IMG/VR virus record: IMGVR_UViG_3300034061_005995 | Coordinates: 3,869-67,868 of that record | Strand: one strand, 5' to 3' | From: a virus | Taxonomy: Duplodnaviria; Caudoviricetes | Length of the DNA: 64,000 bases | Part shown: one piece after another, positions 29,296-39,900 of the stretch | Numbering within the stretch: the first letter of the stretch is position 1 | Layout of the letters: every line of letters begins with the position of its first letter | Notes under the pieces: model-generated | What the model was told of the DNA's origin: nothing | What the model saw: only the letters and a program-made list of their open reading frames with translations | Database searches by the model: none | Position numbers and translations under genes: made by a program

Positions 29296-29577
29296 ATGAA
29301 ACTTAAAGACTTATGCGTATTTTCAACAGAGTTTCCAGACGCTGATTTCTGGATTGTAAATAAAGGCACTGAAGAAGAAATTGGTTCACCAACAAAAACA
29401 TTTGACCCCGAATATATCGGGGTCAAAGTTACAAGGACTGATATTTTAGTTCCTGGGTATCTATATTATGCATTTATGTATTTAAAGCAAAATGGTGTTT
29501 TATCTAATTTGGCTAAAGAAGTAAATGGAAAAATGATAATTAAAATTTCAGATATTAAAGAAATTCCTATTGGGTAA
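29296..29577 (+). CDS. Hypothetical protein (weak resemblance to a type I R-M specificity TRD)
   Basis: 93 aa; 'MKLKDLC...PGYLYYAF...IKISDIKEIPIG'. Confidence 0.5.
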   Translation: MKLKDLCVFSTEFPDADFWIVNKGTEEEIGSPTKTFDPEYIGVKVTRTDILVPGYLYYAFMYLKQNGVLSNLAKEVNGKMIIKISDIKEIPIG

Positions 29578-29905
29578 TTTTTTTACCATCACTGGATACA
29601 ATATACCAATTATTGTTTACCAAAATAAATTCAATACTAACACCCTTACTAATTGCAATTTCATCATATTCTTCATCAATTAGACCAATACTTGGAAGTA
29701 TTAAAACATTAGTTAATGCTTTTATTATAATATGGTCTGTTGTTGACGCATCTAAAGTTATTTTGCAATTATCAACAGATTTAACAATAACCAAAAATTC
29801 ACCTCTTGTTCTAAAATTAGAATCTGAAACAATAACATGTTCAGAAGATTTTATAACATTACCATGAATAATTCTTTCTGAAGGTCTACTTCTAAATATT
29901 GCCAT
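29567..29905 (-). CDS. Hypothetical, possibly structural beta-rich protein
   Basis: 112 aa ORF downstream of the neck gene. Confidence 0.55.
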   Translation of the reverse strand: MAIFRSRPSERIIHGNVIKSSEHVIVSDSNFRTRGEFLVIVKSVDNCKITLDASTTDHIIIKALTNVLILPSIGLIDEEYDEIAISKGVSIEFILVNNNWYIVSSDGKKITQ

Positions 29906-29935
29906 ATCTAAATATAAGATTTTTTAAATTAAAAA

Positions 29936-31048
29936 TCAAATTACGTAAATCTGTCTTGGAAACGCTCTGAATTTCATCGCTTTATTTAATTGTTCAGCGG
30001 TCATAGCTTCTTTTTCCATCATTTTTTCAGGTCTTAATCTTTCTAATCTTAATTTAAGTTCTTCTTCAAGTTTACTTCTTTCATCACGACTTTCAGTTTG
30101 TAATGATTGGTAATCCATTGTTATTTCAGTATCTGGAGTTTTTAAGTTGCCGCTATATTTACCTCTAACCCTTGCAAGAGTCTCTTTAGATAATGCAATA
30201 AACCAGCGTCTCACCCATTGTTGCGCAGGATTATTTAAATCTTCCCAAGCTAATTCATCAATTGGCACGTCAGAAGGTAATCTAATAATATCAGGATTCT
30301 TTTTCAAACAATCATCTCTGTCGGGCCCATCAACATCATAATACCAATACCAAACTTTACCATTATAGAAATTAGCATTTCCAAAATCAAATTTACCACC
30401 TGGAGTGTTCATTAAATGAATCATTTTTTTACCATCAGGCAGTGCTGTAACACGATATGTTAATTCTGAAGCTAATATTCTTCTTTGAATATTGATTTCT
30501 TGCATTCTTAATAACATATCAAAAGCTGGCATTAAGAAATATGAGCCCGAATAACCAATTTGTGAATACCCCCCTGGACCACCAAGACCTGGACCACCCA
30601 TAACGCCAAAAGACCATGGGTCAAATAAAACATTTGTTAAACTTGATGGTGTAAACCACAAAAGCTCATTTAATTCACGACCTGCAGGAATTTCATATAA
30701 TTGTTGATTTCGTTGTAATTGTATAAAATCTTTTTTAAGTACCCAAGGACCATTTGTTTGTAAACCAACAATTTTAGAATATGCATAACTATATCTTGTT
30801 TCATAGTCTAATGAACGAGTAATAAATGCTTTTGTTAAAGACTGTTCATCTAAATTAAGATTTTGTAAAGATGACCATTGAGATTCAATTAACCAATCTT
30901 GAATATATTGTGAATAATCCCCAATAGCAAGTTCAAGTAACGAATCAAGCATTTCGTCTTCAAGTTCTACGCTTCTGAGAGGTGCCCCAAGTAAATGGCG
31001 CACTCTTGTAAATAATTTTGTTCTATGTGGTTCAGCAATTACACTCAT
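29936..31048 (-). CDS. Neck / head-tail adaptor protein (T4 gp13-like)
   Basis: 'LLGAPLRSVELEDE' and 'WVRRWFIALSKETLARVRGKY' resemble myovirus neck proteins. Start placed at ATG 31048, after a TATTTAT motif. Confidence 0.65.
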   Translation of the reverse strand: MSVIAEPHRTKLFTRVRHLLGAPLRSVELEDEMLDSLLELAIGDYSQYIQDWLIESQWSSLQNLNLDEQSLTKAFITRSLDYETRYSYAYSKIVGLQTNGPWVLKKDFIQLQRNQQLYEIPAGRELNELLWFTPSSLTNVLFDPWSFGVMGGPGLGGPGGYSQIGYSGSYFLMPAFDMLLRMQEINIQRRILASELTYRVTALPDGKKMIHLMNTPGGKFDFGNANFYNGKVWYWYYDVDGPDRDDCLKKNPDIIRLPSDVPIDELAWEDLNNPAQQWVRRWFIALSKETLARVRGKYSGNLKTPDTEITMDYQSLQTESRDERSKLEEELKLRLERLRPEKMMEKEAMTAEQLNKAMKFRAFPRQIYVI

Positions 31049-31059
31049 ATAAATAAATA

Positions 31060-31806
31060 TCAAGAATTATATATTTTTTTCAAAGCTTTCATTTCATTTA
31101 TAGATTTTTGTGTTTTCATTTTATATAATTTTTCAACAAAATCCCAATTTACAGCTGACCAAAATTTTTTAATATAAATATCACGTTTATTTTGATATTT
31201 TAAATAATAAGCATGTTCCCATAAATCCAACCCTAAAAGTGGATATCCACCACCTTCAATGTCATTCATTAATGGATTATCTTGATTAGGTGTTGACATA
31301 ACTTTTAATCTATTATTTTTTGTTAAAACTAACCATACCCAACCTGAACCAAATCTTTCTTTGGCAACTTCTTCAAATTCTTTTTTAAAGTTTGCCAATG
31401 AACCAAACTCTCTTTCAATTTTATTTAAAACTGTACCTTTAGGTTTTTGAATTGTTGGCGATAACATTTTCCAAAATATTGCATGATTATATGCGCCACC
31501 AGCATTATCTCTGATAGTTTTATTAAACTTAGATATTGTTGATACTATATTTTCTAATTCAACATCGCCAAAATTTCTTTTATTTAATGCTAAATTAAGT
31601 TTCTCGACATAACCTTTATAATGTTTTGTATAATGAACTTCCATAGTTTCTGGGTCAATAAATCTTTTTAAGGCCCCATATGAATATGGTAATTTTTCAA
31701 TACCAATTTTTTTCATTTCGTTTAAGAAAAATTTTTTAGATTCTTCTTTTTCATTTTTGATAATCTCACGCTCAATTAGGTGTAACCTATTAACTAAATT
31801 TTTCAT
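31060..31806 (-). CDS. sodA: Fe/Mn superoxide dismutase (Mn-type signature)
   Basis: 'LPYSYGAL', 'HYTKHYKGY', 'NAGGAYNHAIFW', 'FGSGWVWL', 'TPNQDNP', 'DLWEHAYY'. Confidence 0.92.
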   Translation of the reverse strand: MKNLVNRLHLIEREIIKNEKEESKKFFLNEMKKIGIEKLPYSYGALKRFIDPETMEVHYTKHYKGYVEKLNLALNKRNFGDVELENIVSTISKFNKTIRDNAGGAYNHAIFWKMLSPTIQKPKGTVLNKIEREFGSLANFKKEFEEVAKERFGSGWVWLVLTKNNRLKVMSTPNQDNPLMNDIEGGGYPLLGLDLWEHAYYLKYQNKRDIYIKKFWSAVNWDFVEKLYKMKTQKSINEMKALKKIYNS

Positions 31807-31872
31807 AACTTTCAAGAACAATTGGTATTACATTACGTAATAATTTGATGTTTATTTTTTAAATAAATATCA

Positions 31873-33633
31873 TCATTCTTTACTTATTGATTTTAAAATT
31901 TGATTAAAAATATCAGGTTCATTAATATTATCACCCATAACGGTATCAATCACAACTTTTTTATTTTGTAAAATATCATATATAATACCTTCAATAGTAT
32001 TTTCAAATATTGGGTAGAATATTGAAACAGAATTTTTCTGACCAATACGATATGCCCTATCTTCAGCCTGACTATGGTCAGATGGTACAAATGATAAATC
32101 ATTCATTATAACAGCCTCTGCAGCAGTTAATGTAATACCTGCACCTGCAGCTTTTAAGTTACCGATAAATACTTTTATTTTATCGTTATTTTGAAATTCA
32201 TCAACAGCATTTTGTCTTTTATTTTGATTACAACTACCATCAATGTAAACGCATTTCTTACCAAAATGGTTAACAAAATTTTGTAAAGTTGCTGTAAAAT
32301 TTGTAAAAATAATAACTTTTTTATCTTGTTCTAAAATATTTTCAGAAATTTCTATTGTATGTTTTATTTTTTCCTCAGCAATTACTTGTCGTACTTTTGC
32401 AAGCATTGACAATTTAATACTTAATGATGCATTTTCATTTTCTGATTTATTATACCATTCATAATATTCACCCATTAAATTTTCATATAAATAAGATTTT
32501 AATCTCAAGTATACAGGTGTAATAATTTTTTCTGGCAAATCTAAAACTTCAGTTTTAAGTCTTCTTAAGAATTGGTTTGATGTTCTTTCTCGTAATTCAT
32601 CAAGATTTGATGCCCCATTTAAATTCCAAATTTTTCTATTTGAGTTTTTTATTTTGAACTGATAACCATCACAATATCTAATAACATAAGCTTTCCAATT
32701 TTGTGCAACAGGTGAATCAATTAAATTCAATAAATTATAATAATTTATTGGCCTTGAGGTCATTGGTGTACCTGTTAATACCCATAGATATTTTGATTTT
32801 TTAGCAAATGAATTTACAAGTTTTGTTCTATTTGCTTGCACATTTTGCAGTGCATGTGCTTCATCTAATATAATTAAATCAAAATTACTTTTTAGTATTA
32901 AAGATTCTTCTTCATTATTTGGGTCATAAAAATTTTTAACTATGTCATAGTTCATAATTACAAAATCAGCATCTTCATATTTTTTACCTTCACAAACATA
33001 AATTGATTTATCGGTATATATTTCAATTTCCTTTTTCCAATTTAATTTTAATGATGCTGTACAAACAATTAATACTTTTTTAGCATTAATCTCTAAAGCT
33101 GAAATGATTGCGGTACTTGTTTTTGCTAACCCCATATCATCAGCCAAAATAAATTTTCTACAACCAACCAATTTTTCAATAGCTTCTTTTTGGTGTTCCA
33201 TTGGTGGTCTGCGATTATATTTACTATAATCAATTTCAACCTTTTCAACTTTATGTACTTTTATAATAGCAGTTTTTGGTAACCAGAAATCATATAATGT
33301 TTCACCACTAAACATTTTTCCCCATATATGATAAGCCTTATCTTTTTCTACCAATAATTTTTCAACCCAAATTTCTGTTGGAACTTTAGTTGATAATTTA
33401 TCTTCAGATAATTTTGTTGCAAAGTATGGGTCAATATCAACCCATTTTTTAGCAACTTTAGGCTTAACATTCCAATAATTTATTATATATTCTGATTGAG
33501 ATTTAGTAGGATAAAATTTTTTATTTAATTCTTGTCTACGTTTAAGATATAGTATATAGTTATTAGAACCTGAATAGGTTTCTAAAATGTTTAATGCTTT
33601 TTTTTCAATTATTTCAAAATTTTCCTCTTGCAT
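31873..33633 (-). CDS. SNF2/SF2 family helicase
   Basis: 'LADDMGLAKT', 'ILDEAH', 'LTGTP', 'QAEDRAYRIGQ'. Confidence 0.9.
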   Translation of the reverse strand: MQEENFEIIEKKALNILETYSGSNNYILYLKRRQELNKKFYPTKSQSEYIINYWNVKPKVAKKWVDIDPYFATKLSEDKLSTKVPTEIWVEKLLVEKDKAYHIWGKMFSGETLYDFWLPKTAIIKVHKVEKVEIDYSKYNRRPPMEHQKEAIEKLVGCRKFILADDMGLAKTSTAIISALEINAKKVLIVCTASLKLNWKKEIEIYTDKSIYVCEGKKYEDADFVIMNYDIVKNFYDPNNEEESLILKSNFDLIILDEAHALQNVQANRTKLVNSFAKKSKYLWVLTGTPMTSRPINYYNLLNLIDSPVAQNWKAYVIRYCDGYQFKIKNSNRKIWNLNGASNLDELRERTSNQFLRRLKTEVLDLPEKIITPVYLRLKSYLYENLMGEYYEWYNKSENENASLSIKLSMLAKVRQVIAEEKIKHTIEISENILEQDKKVIIFTNFTATLQNFVNHFGKKCVYIDGSCNQNKRQNAVDEFQNNDKIKVFIGNLKAAGAGITLTAAEAVIMNDLSFVPSDHSQAEDRAYRIGQKNSVSIFYPIFENTIEGIIYDILQNKKVVIDTVMGDNINEPDIFNQILKSISKE

Positions 33634-33694
33634 AAGAATTTTATAAAAAAAATAATAAAAATTAAAAATAAATCAATTATGATATTTATAATGT

Positions 33695-34207
33695 ATGAAT
33701 AATAAAATACCAATAACAAGATTAGGTAAATTCTTTGCAGCTGAAGATTTTAATTTAGAAATTGAAATGGGTAAAGAATGGTTACATGGTGATATGAATT
33801 TTACTTTAGTTTTATATCGAATTGATAGATACAAAACTAAAAATGATGATGTTTACGGTGAAACTTCATCGGATGGTATTAAATTTTTACCTCCTGTAGA
33901 ATTTAAAGGATTAGTTCAAATAAGTATGCCTGAAAACAAATATTTAGGTAATAGTAAATTAGAACAAATGGAACCTGGAAATTTGAAAGTATCGGTTTAT
34001 CAATCTTATTTAGATGCTTTAAATATAGATATTTCTTATGGCGATTATATTGGTTATTATGAAACTCAAACAAGAATTAGATATTATGTTGTCAATAACG
34101 ATGGACGAGTAACTTCTGACAATAAACATACATATGGTGGTACAATACCATTTTATAGAACAATTATAGCATCTGCTGTAAATGATAATGAATTTAGAGG
34201 TTTATGA
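33695..34207 (+). CDS. Putative head-closure/neck protein (gp14-like)
   Basis: 'DDVYGET...KFLPPVEF' and position in the structural module. Confidence 0.5.
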   Translation: MNNKIPITRLGKFFAAEDFNLEIEMGKEWLHGDMNFTLVLYRIDRYKTKNDDVYGETSSDGIKFLPPVEFKGLVQISMPENKYLGNSKLEQMEPGNLKVSVYQSYLDALNIDISYGDYIGYYETQTRIRYYVVNNDGRVTSDNKHTYGGTIPFYRTIIASAVNDNEFRGL

Positions 34208-34803
34208 AAATTTTATTAAAAGAACATCAGTATAATTTTTTATTAGAACAAATAGTCGGGTTAAATTCTTTTTTACTTATGTTTGGTATGAGATATAACT
34301 TAACAGGTAAAAATATTAAAGATTTAGAATTACTAATTAAAAATTCTGGGTGTAAAAATATTCAAGTATTAGATATAAAAGGTCCTTTAGGCTATACTTT
34401 ACATGATAAATTAGTAATTTCTAAAAAATTATTAGATAGTGGTAATTTATCATTAGTTTTATTTGTTTTATTTCACGAATTAGCACATTCATTTCAATTT
34501 AAAAAGTATGGTGATAATGTTATGTATAAAATATATGATGAAAATTTTGATTTAGATAATGCTGTAAATTTTTTAGTAAATACCGAAATTACAGCTAATA
34601 GATTTGCAAGAAAAAAACTTGCACAATTTAATTCAAAAAATAAAATTGCGAGCTTTGAAGGTTTAAACCCACATATTGATAAAAATCAGTTAAAACATCA
34701 AATAATAAGTTTTAGAAATTATATTAAAGAAAATAATATAAAAAATGACAAAAAAATTTCTGAAATGGTATATAATTACATAAAAATGCTTACTGCTTAC
34801 TAA
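34204..34803 (+). CDS. HExxH metallopeptidase-like protein
   Basis: 'LFHELAHSFQ' with downstream 'EITANRFA'. Confidence 0.55.
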   Translation: MKILLKEHQYNFLLEQIVGLNSFLLMFGMRYNLTGKNIKDLELLIKNSGCKNIQVLDIKGPLGYTLHDKLVISKKLLDSGNLSLVLFVLFHELAHSFQFKKYGDNVMYKIYDENFDLDNAVNFLVNTEITANRFARKKLAQFNSKNKIASFEGLNPHIDKNQLKHQIISFRNYIKENNIKNDKKISEMVYNYIKMLTAY

Positions 34804-34804
34804 T

Positions 34805-35326
34805 ATGATAATCGTTATAAATAACAAACAATATACACTAATTAAAGAAAATATTGATGCAAGCGAAGCACATTCTGAAATTGGGTCAATACAAACAGTA
34901 ATTGATGGTAAAAGAAATGTTGGGATTTTAACTTTTAAAAATAAATCTGATAAGATGTATAAATATATTAAAAAAAGTGATTTAAATACTTTAGAATATT
35001 TTAGAGAAGATGGTGATTTAGTTTGTATATTTTATAATGATGGATTTAAAGATGATGCTGTTGAATTAATGAATATTTCATTAAAGTATAATGGATATTT
35101 AAGTGTATATGCTACTGAAGAAGATTCTATTAGAATTGGTCAAATTTTAGGCTATACAGATAAATCAATAAGTGAATATATTTTAAGAAATAGATATATT
35201 AGAAATAATCAAATAACATGCGTGAAATGTGGATGGAATTGGATGGCTAATGAGGCTGGTGATGATAAATTTACATGTCATAAATGCGGAACAGATAGTA
35301 GTTATATATATAATGGCATTTCCTAA
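34805..35326 (+). CDS. Hypothetical protein with C-terminal zinc ribbon
   Basis: 'IGQILGY' and terminal 'CVKCGWNW...CHKCG'. Confidence 0.6.
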   Translation: MIIVINNKQYTLIKENIDASEAHSEIGSIQTVIDGKRNVGILTFKNKSDKMYKYIKKSDLNTLEYFREDGDLVCIFYNDGFKDDAVELMNISLKYNGYLSVYATEEDSIRIGQILGYTDKSISEYILRNRYIRNNQITCVKCGWNWMANEAGDDKFTCHKCGTDSSYIYNGIS

Positions 35327-36353
35327 AAAAATAAAAAAAACCTTTGAATTATCAAATAAAAGAACTTTATATCCAAGAAGAGTTCAATTATTTGATAAAA
35401 TAAATGAAAAAGGTACATTCTTACCTAAATCAATATTACATGCCGATTTAGATAGAGGATTTTTAGATTTTACAAAAAATGAGCTTGAAATAACTACTGA
35501 TGGTAAAAAAATACCTGTTGTTGATGTAATAATAACAACACAAAATTGGTCTCAATTTGTTGAAACAAAAAATTTTCAAGATTTAGATAAAAATATCACA
35601 CCTCCATTTTTAAGCGTGGTTAGAAATCCTGAAGTAAAATATGGAACTAATCCTGCATTATTATATACTATACCTGTAAGAAAACAATTTTATTATGTTT
35701 CAGTACCAAGTTTTGATGGTAATAGACTAAATACTGATTTATATAAAATACCACAACCAGTACCTGTAGATATCGTATATTCTATTAAAATTGTTTGTAA
35801 CAGAATGAGAGAACTAAACACTCTTAATAAAAAAATTTTACAAACATTTTCATCGAGACAAGCATATTGTGTAATTAAAGGTCACTATATACCAATAATT
35901 TTAAATAATATTACTGATGAATCCGTAATGGATATTGAAAAACGAAAGTATTATATTCAAAGTTATGAATTCATAATGTTAGGGTTTCTAATTGATGAAG
36001 AAGAATTTGAAATTGTTCCAACAGTTGAAAGAGTTTTTCAGATTTTTGAAACTGAAGATAGGGAAAGAAAAGCAACATTACCTTATAAATTAGAAAACCC
36101 AGATACATATCCTGTTAATATAGAATTTATTGATGAAAATACAACAGTAATAAGAAGATTTTATGAGACTGTTGATTTAAAACTTGTATCAACAAATAAT
36201 ATTTCAACATTTGATGTTTATATTAATGGTCTATACTATGGAACAAATATTACCAAAATACAAGTTAATGGTGGGGAATTATTAAAATTTGAAGTTGTAA
36301 AAATTAATCAAAATCAGACATCGAATATTTTATTTGATTCGGTTTTAGTTTGA
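35313..36353 (+). CDS. Putative tail terminator/completion protein (gp15-like)
   Basis: Likely start ATG 35313 (MAFPKK); 'PQPVPVDIVYSIKI...LNKKILQTF'; lies directly upstream of the sheath gene. Confidence 0.55.
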   Translation: MAFPKKIKKTFELSNKRTLYPRRVQLFDKINEKGTFLPKSILHADLDRGFLDFTKNELEITTDGKKIPVVDVIITTQNWSQFVETKNFQDLDKNITPPFLSVVRNPEVKYGTNPALLYTIPVRKQFYYVSVPSFDGNRLNTDLYKIPQPVPVDIVYSIKIVCNRMRELNTLNKKILQTFSSRQAYCVIKGHYIPIILNNITDESVMDIEKRKYYIQSYEFIMLGFLIDEEEFEIVPTVERVFQIFETEDRERKATLPYKLENPDTYPVNIEFIDENTTVIRRFYETVDLKLVSTNNISTFDVYINGLYYGTNITKIQVNGGELLKFEVVKINQNQTSNILFDSVLV

Positions 36354-36506
36354 ACCTTTTAAAATAAAAATTTATTTTAATAAGTAAAGTTTTTTGAATT
36401 TATTCTAATATTTATATTAGAGTATTTATAATCTTAATTATTAAATACGATAAAATAAATAATAATGTTTAAATAACTAACATAAAATAATAAATTTAAA
36501 AAACTA

Positions 36507-39500
36507 ATGGCAACTAACAGTAAAATTTTCGTTTCACCAGGTGTTTATACTTCTGAAAGAGATTTAAGTTTTGTTACTCAAAGTGTTGGTGTTACAACAT
36601 TGGGCATTGTTGGAGAAACCTTAAAAGGTCCAGCATTTGAACCAATATTCATCAGCAATTTCGACGAATTTGAAACTTATTTCGGTGGTACTAATCCTGA
36701 AAAATTCATTAACACACAAATTCCTAAATATGAAGCAGCATATATTGCTAAATCATATTTACAACAATCAAATCAATTATTTGTAACCAGAGTTCTTGGA
36801 TTGTCTGGTTACGATGCTGGACCTTCTTGGTCAATAACAACAATCGCTAACGTGGATAGTTCAACTGTAGGATTTGACCAAATTTGTACATCTGTACCTA
36901 ATTATACAGCAAGTACTTGTGATTTACTATGTACGGCTCAAACATTATCATTTAATGTTACATTTACAGGTTGTTCAAATTCTGATGGTAGTATAACTTT
37001 TACAACATCGTTCCCAGATGAAATTCAAAACATTTTGAATTCCCAATATACACAATTTGATGGTAATATTTCAACGTTATCTTCAGATATTAAAAACCAG
37101 TTATTATCAATATTTGCACAACCAAGTTTAAGTGCAAGTTCAATATCTTATTGGGGAACAATTTCAGAAACTGATTATAATATATTAAATCCTGTATTTA
37201 CATCTTCAACAAATGTATTTGGAGTATCTAATGTAAATTATGCGGAAGCTGATTTAGCATCATCATTAAATGATTCTTGGTATTATGCATTATTTAATAA
37301 TTATAATGCAAACAGTTATTCAGGATTTTCATTTTGGACAGTTGTTAACGCATTGACTATGTTACCAAAAACAGCAGTAACTACGACAACAACTACAGTT
37401 CCAGTAACAACAACAACGACAACAAATCCTTGTTCTACAACAACTACTACATTACCTGTAACAACAACTACTACAACAGAACCTGATTGTTTTTCAGGAA
37501 GTGTTCATGGTAAAATATATTATTATACTGGTACATCGTATAGTAATTTTAATAATATTGTTGTTGCAACATTAAGGTCAAGAGGTGTATCAAATTTTGA
37601 TTCATCAACCAATGGGCCAGTTTATGAAATTTCAAATTTAAATTCTGTAAATTTAGATTTTAGTGGTTCATATTCTGCAGTATTAAATAATCCTTTTGCA
37701 CCATTTGCAATAAATGTTACTAATGATACTGGTAAAAACTTTATTTTCAAAACATCATTACAACCTTCTGATTCAAATTATATTTCAAAAGTATTTGGAT
37801 TATCAAATTTTGGTAAATCAAAAAATGAAGTTCCACTTTTCTTAGAAGAAAGATTCCAATCAATGCTTTTATGGGCTTGGAGAAAAGGTTACATTAGAGG
37901 TCTTCGTCCAGAGTTAGTTGCACTTAATAGTGCAAGAAGTGAAGACCCTTCATCAATAGCATATTATGCTGAAAAATATCAAACACCAGAAACTCCATGG
38001 TTAGTATCAGAATTACGTGGTAATAATGTTTATAAATTATTTAAATTTATATCAATTGCTGATGGTAATAGTGCAAATAATCAAATAAAAATTTCAATTG
38101 GTAATATTTCATTTTCAAATAGAACTTTTGATGTTTTTATTAGAGATTTTTACGATACTGATGATGCACCACAAATTTTAGAGAAATTTACTAATTGTGG
38201 TATGGACCCGTCACAAAATAATTTTATTGGTGTTAAAATTGGTACAAGTGATGGTGAATACTCATTAAATTCTAAATTTGTAATGGTTGAATTAAATGAG
38301 GATTCTCCAGTTGATGCATTACCTTGTGGTTTCGAAGGATATAAGTTTAGATTATATGATAATGTAAACTCACCATTCCCAATTTATAAAACTAAATATA
38401 ATTTTCCTGGTGAAGTTGTTTATAATCCACCGTTTGGTAATGTAAATGGTTCAGATAATGTTATTAGAAGTTCTGGTGATAATATTAGAAGAACTTATCT
38501 TGGCTTATCAAATACTGTTGGTTACGATTTAGATATGTTCCAATATTTTGGTAAACAAAATATTGGAACCATGTGTTCACCATCACTACAAGATTGGGCA
38601 TATTTATCTAAAGGTTTCCATATGGATTCTGGTGCAACTGTTGTTACAATTCCTGATGGTTATACAACATCTGGAACTACAGCTTTTGAAGTAGGTTCTG
38701 CTGAATTTAGAAGTGAACCACAAAATCAAACAAATCCTTACTATCGTTTATTTGCAAGAAAATACACATTATTTGTTGCTGGAGGATTTGATGGCTGGGA
38801 TGTATATCGTGAATATAGAACAAATGGCGATAGATTTCAATTAGGAGCTTCAGGTTATCTTGCAGGAGCTTGTGCCGATGATAGATATCCTAATGCAACG
38901 GGAGATGGTTTATTTGCAAGAATAACTGTTGGTGATAATACTCAAGATTGGGCAAATACAGATTACTATGCATATCTATTAGGACAAAAAACTTTTGCAA
39001 ATCCTGAAGCTGTAAATATTAACGTGTTTACAACGCCAGGTATTGATTATGTAAATAACAGTAACTTGGTTGAAGCAGCTATAGATATGATTGAAAATGA
39101 TAGAGCCGATTCTTTATATATTTGTACAACACCAGATTTTAACATGTTTACACCAAATACTACAAATGAAAGTGATTTTATATATCCACAAGAAGCTGTT
39201 GACAATTTGGAAACAACTGGTATTGACTCAAACTATACAGCAACATATTATCCTTGGGTTTTAACAAGAGATACTGTAAATAATACACAAATTTACATTC
39301 CTGCAACTGCTGAAGTTAGTAGAAACTTAGCATTAACAGATAATATTGCCTTTCCATGGTTTGCTTCAGCAGGTTATACAAGAGGCTTAGTTAATTCTGT
39401 TAAGGCAAGAAGAAAACTTACTCAAGAAGATAGAGATACATTATATGAAGGTAGAATAAATCCTATTGCAACATTCTCAGATGTTGGTACAGTAATTTGG

Positions 39501-39848
39501 GGTAATAAAACTCTTCAAATTCGTGAGTCAGCTTTAGATAGAATTAATGTTAGAAGATTATTATTACAAGCTCGTAAATTAATATCTGCAGTTGCTGTTA
39601 GATTATTGTTTGAACAAAATGATGATATTGTTAGAACTCAATTCTTAGATACTGTGAATCCTATTTTAGAAGCCATTAGACGTGATAGAGGCTTATATGA
39701 TTTTAGAGTTACTGTTTCATCAGCTACTGAAGATTTAGATAGAAATCAAATGACAGGTAAAATTTATATCAAACCAACAAAAGCTTTAGAGTTTATTGAT
39801 ATTGAATTTTTAATTACACCGACTGGTGCTTCATTTGAAAACATATGA
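36507..39848 (+). CDS. Contractile tail sheath protein
   Basis: 'FVSPGVYTSERDLS', 'PWFASAGYTRG', 'LYEGRINPI', 'WGNKTLQ', 'RINVRRL', 'IKPTKALEFIDIEF'. Confidence 0.95.
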   Translation: MATNSKIFVSPGVYTSERDLSFVTQSVGVTTLGIVGETLKGPAFEPIFISNFDEFETYFGGTNPEKFINTQIPKYEAAYIAKSYLQQSNQLFVTRVLGLSGYDAGPSWSITTIANVDSSTVGFDQICTSVPNYTASTCDLLCTAQTLSFNVTFTGCSNSDGSITFTTSFPDEIQNILNSQYTQFDGNISTLSSDIKNQLLSIFAQPSLSASSISYWGTISETDYNILNPVFTSSTNVFGVSNVNYAEADLASSLNDSWYYALFNNYNANSYSGFSFWTVVNALTMLPKTAVTTTTTTVPVTTTTTTNPCSTTTTTLPVTTTTTTEPDCFSGSVHGKIYYYTGTSYSNFNNIVVATLRSRGVSNFDSSTNGPVYEISNLNSVNLDFSGSYSAVLNNPFAPFAINVTNDTGKNFIFKTSLQPSDSNYISKVFGLSNFGKSKNEVPLFLEERFQSMLLWAWRKGYIRGLRPELVALNSARSEDPSSIAYYAEKYQTPETPWLVSELRGNNVYKLFKFISIADGNSANNQIKISIGNISFSNRTFDVFIRDFYDTDDAPQILEKFTNCGMDPSQNNFIGVKIGTSDGEYSLNSKFVMVELNEDSPVDALPCGFEGYKFRLYDNVNSPFPIYKTKYNFPGEVVYNPPFGNVNGSDNVIRSSGDNIRRTYLGLSNTVGYDLDMFQYFGKQNIGTMCSPSLQDWAYLSKGFHMDSGATVVTIPDGYTTSGTTAFEVGSAEFRSEPQNQTNPYYRLFARKYTLFVAGGFDGWDVYREYRTNGDRFQLGASGYLAGACADDRYPNATGDGLFARITVGDNTQDWANTDYYAYLLGQKTFANPEAVNINVFTTPGIDYVNNSNLVEAAIDMIENDRADSLYICTTPDFNMFTPNTTNESDFIYPQEAVDNLETTGIDSNYTATYYPWVLTRDTVNNTQIYIPATAEVSRNLALTDNIAFPWFASAGYTRGLVNSVKARRKLTQEDRDTLYEGRINPIATFSDVGTVIWGNKTLQIRESALDRINVRRLLLQARKLISAVAVRLLFEQNDDIVRTQFLDTVNPILEAIRRDRGLYDFRVTVSSATEDLDRNQMTGKIYIKPTKALEFIDIEFLITPTGASFENI

Positions 39849-39858
39849 TTTATCATAA

Positions 39859-39900
39859 ATAAACAAAAAAACCCGAAATTTGTCGGGTTTTTTTGTTTAT
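39859..39900. terminator. Intrinsic terminator after the sheath gene (possibly bidirectional)
   Basis: ATAAACAAAAAAACCCGA-aatttg-TCGGGTTTTTTTGTTTAT, a perfect hairpin with A- and T-tracts. Confidence 0.85.

Noticed and set aside
26495-33633. Inteins or introns in polB and the SNF2 helicase
   Set aside because: Motif spacing and protein lengths are ordinary, and no intein splice-junction or LAGLIDADG signatures were recognised.
35229-35312. Upstream extension of the 35229 ORF
   Set aside because: It overlaps the Zn-ribbon coding region of the previous gene. ATG 35313 is the more plausible start.
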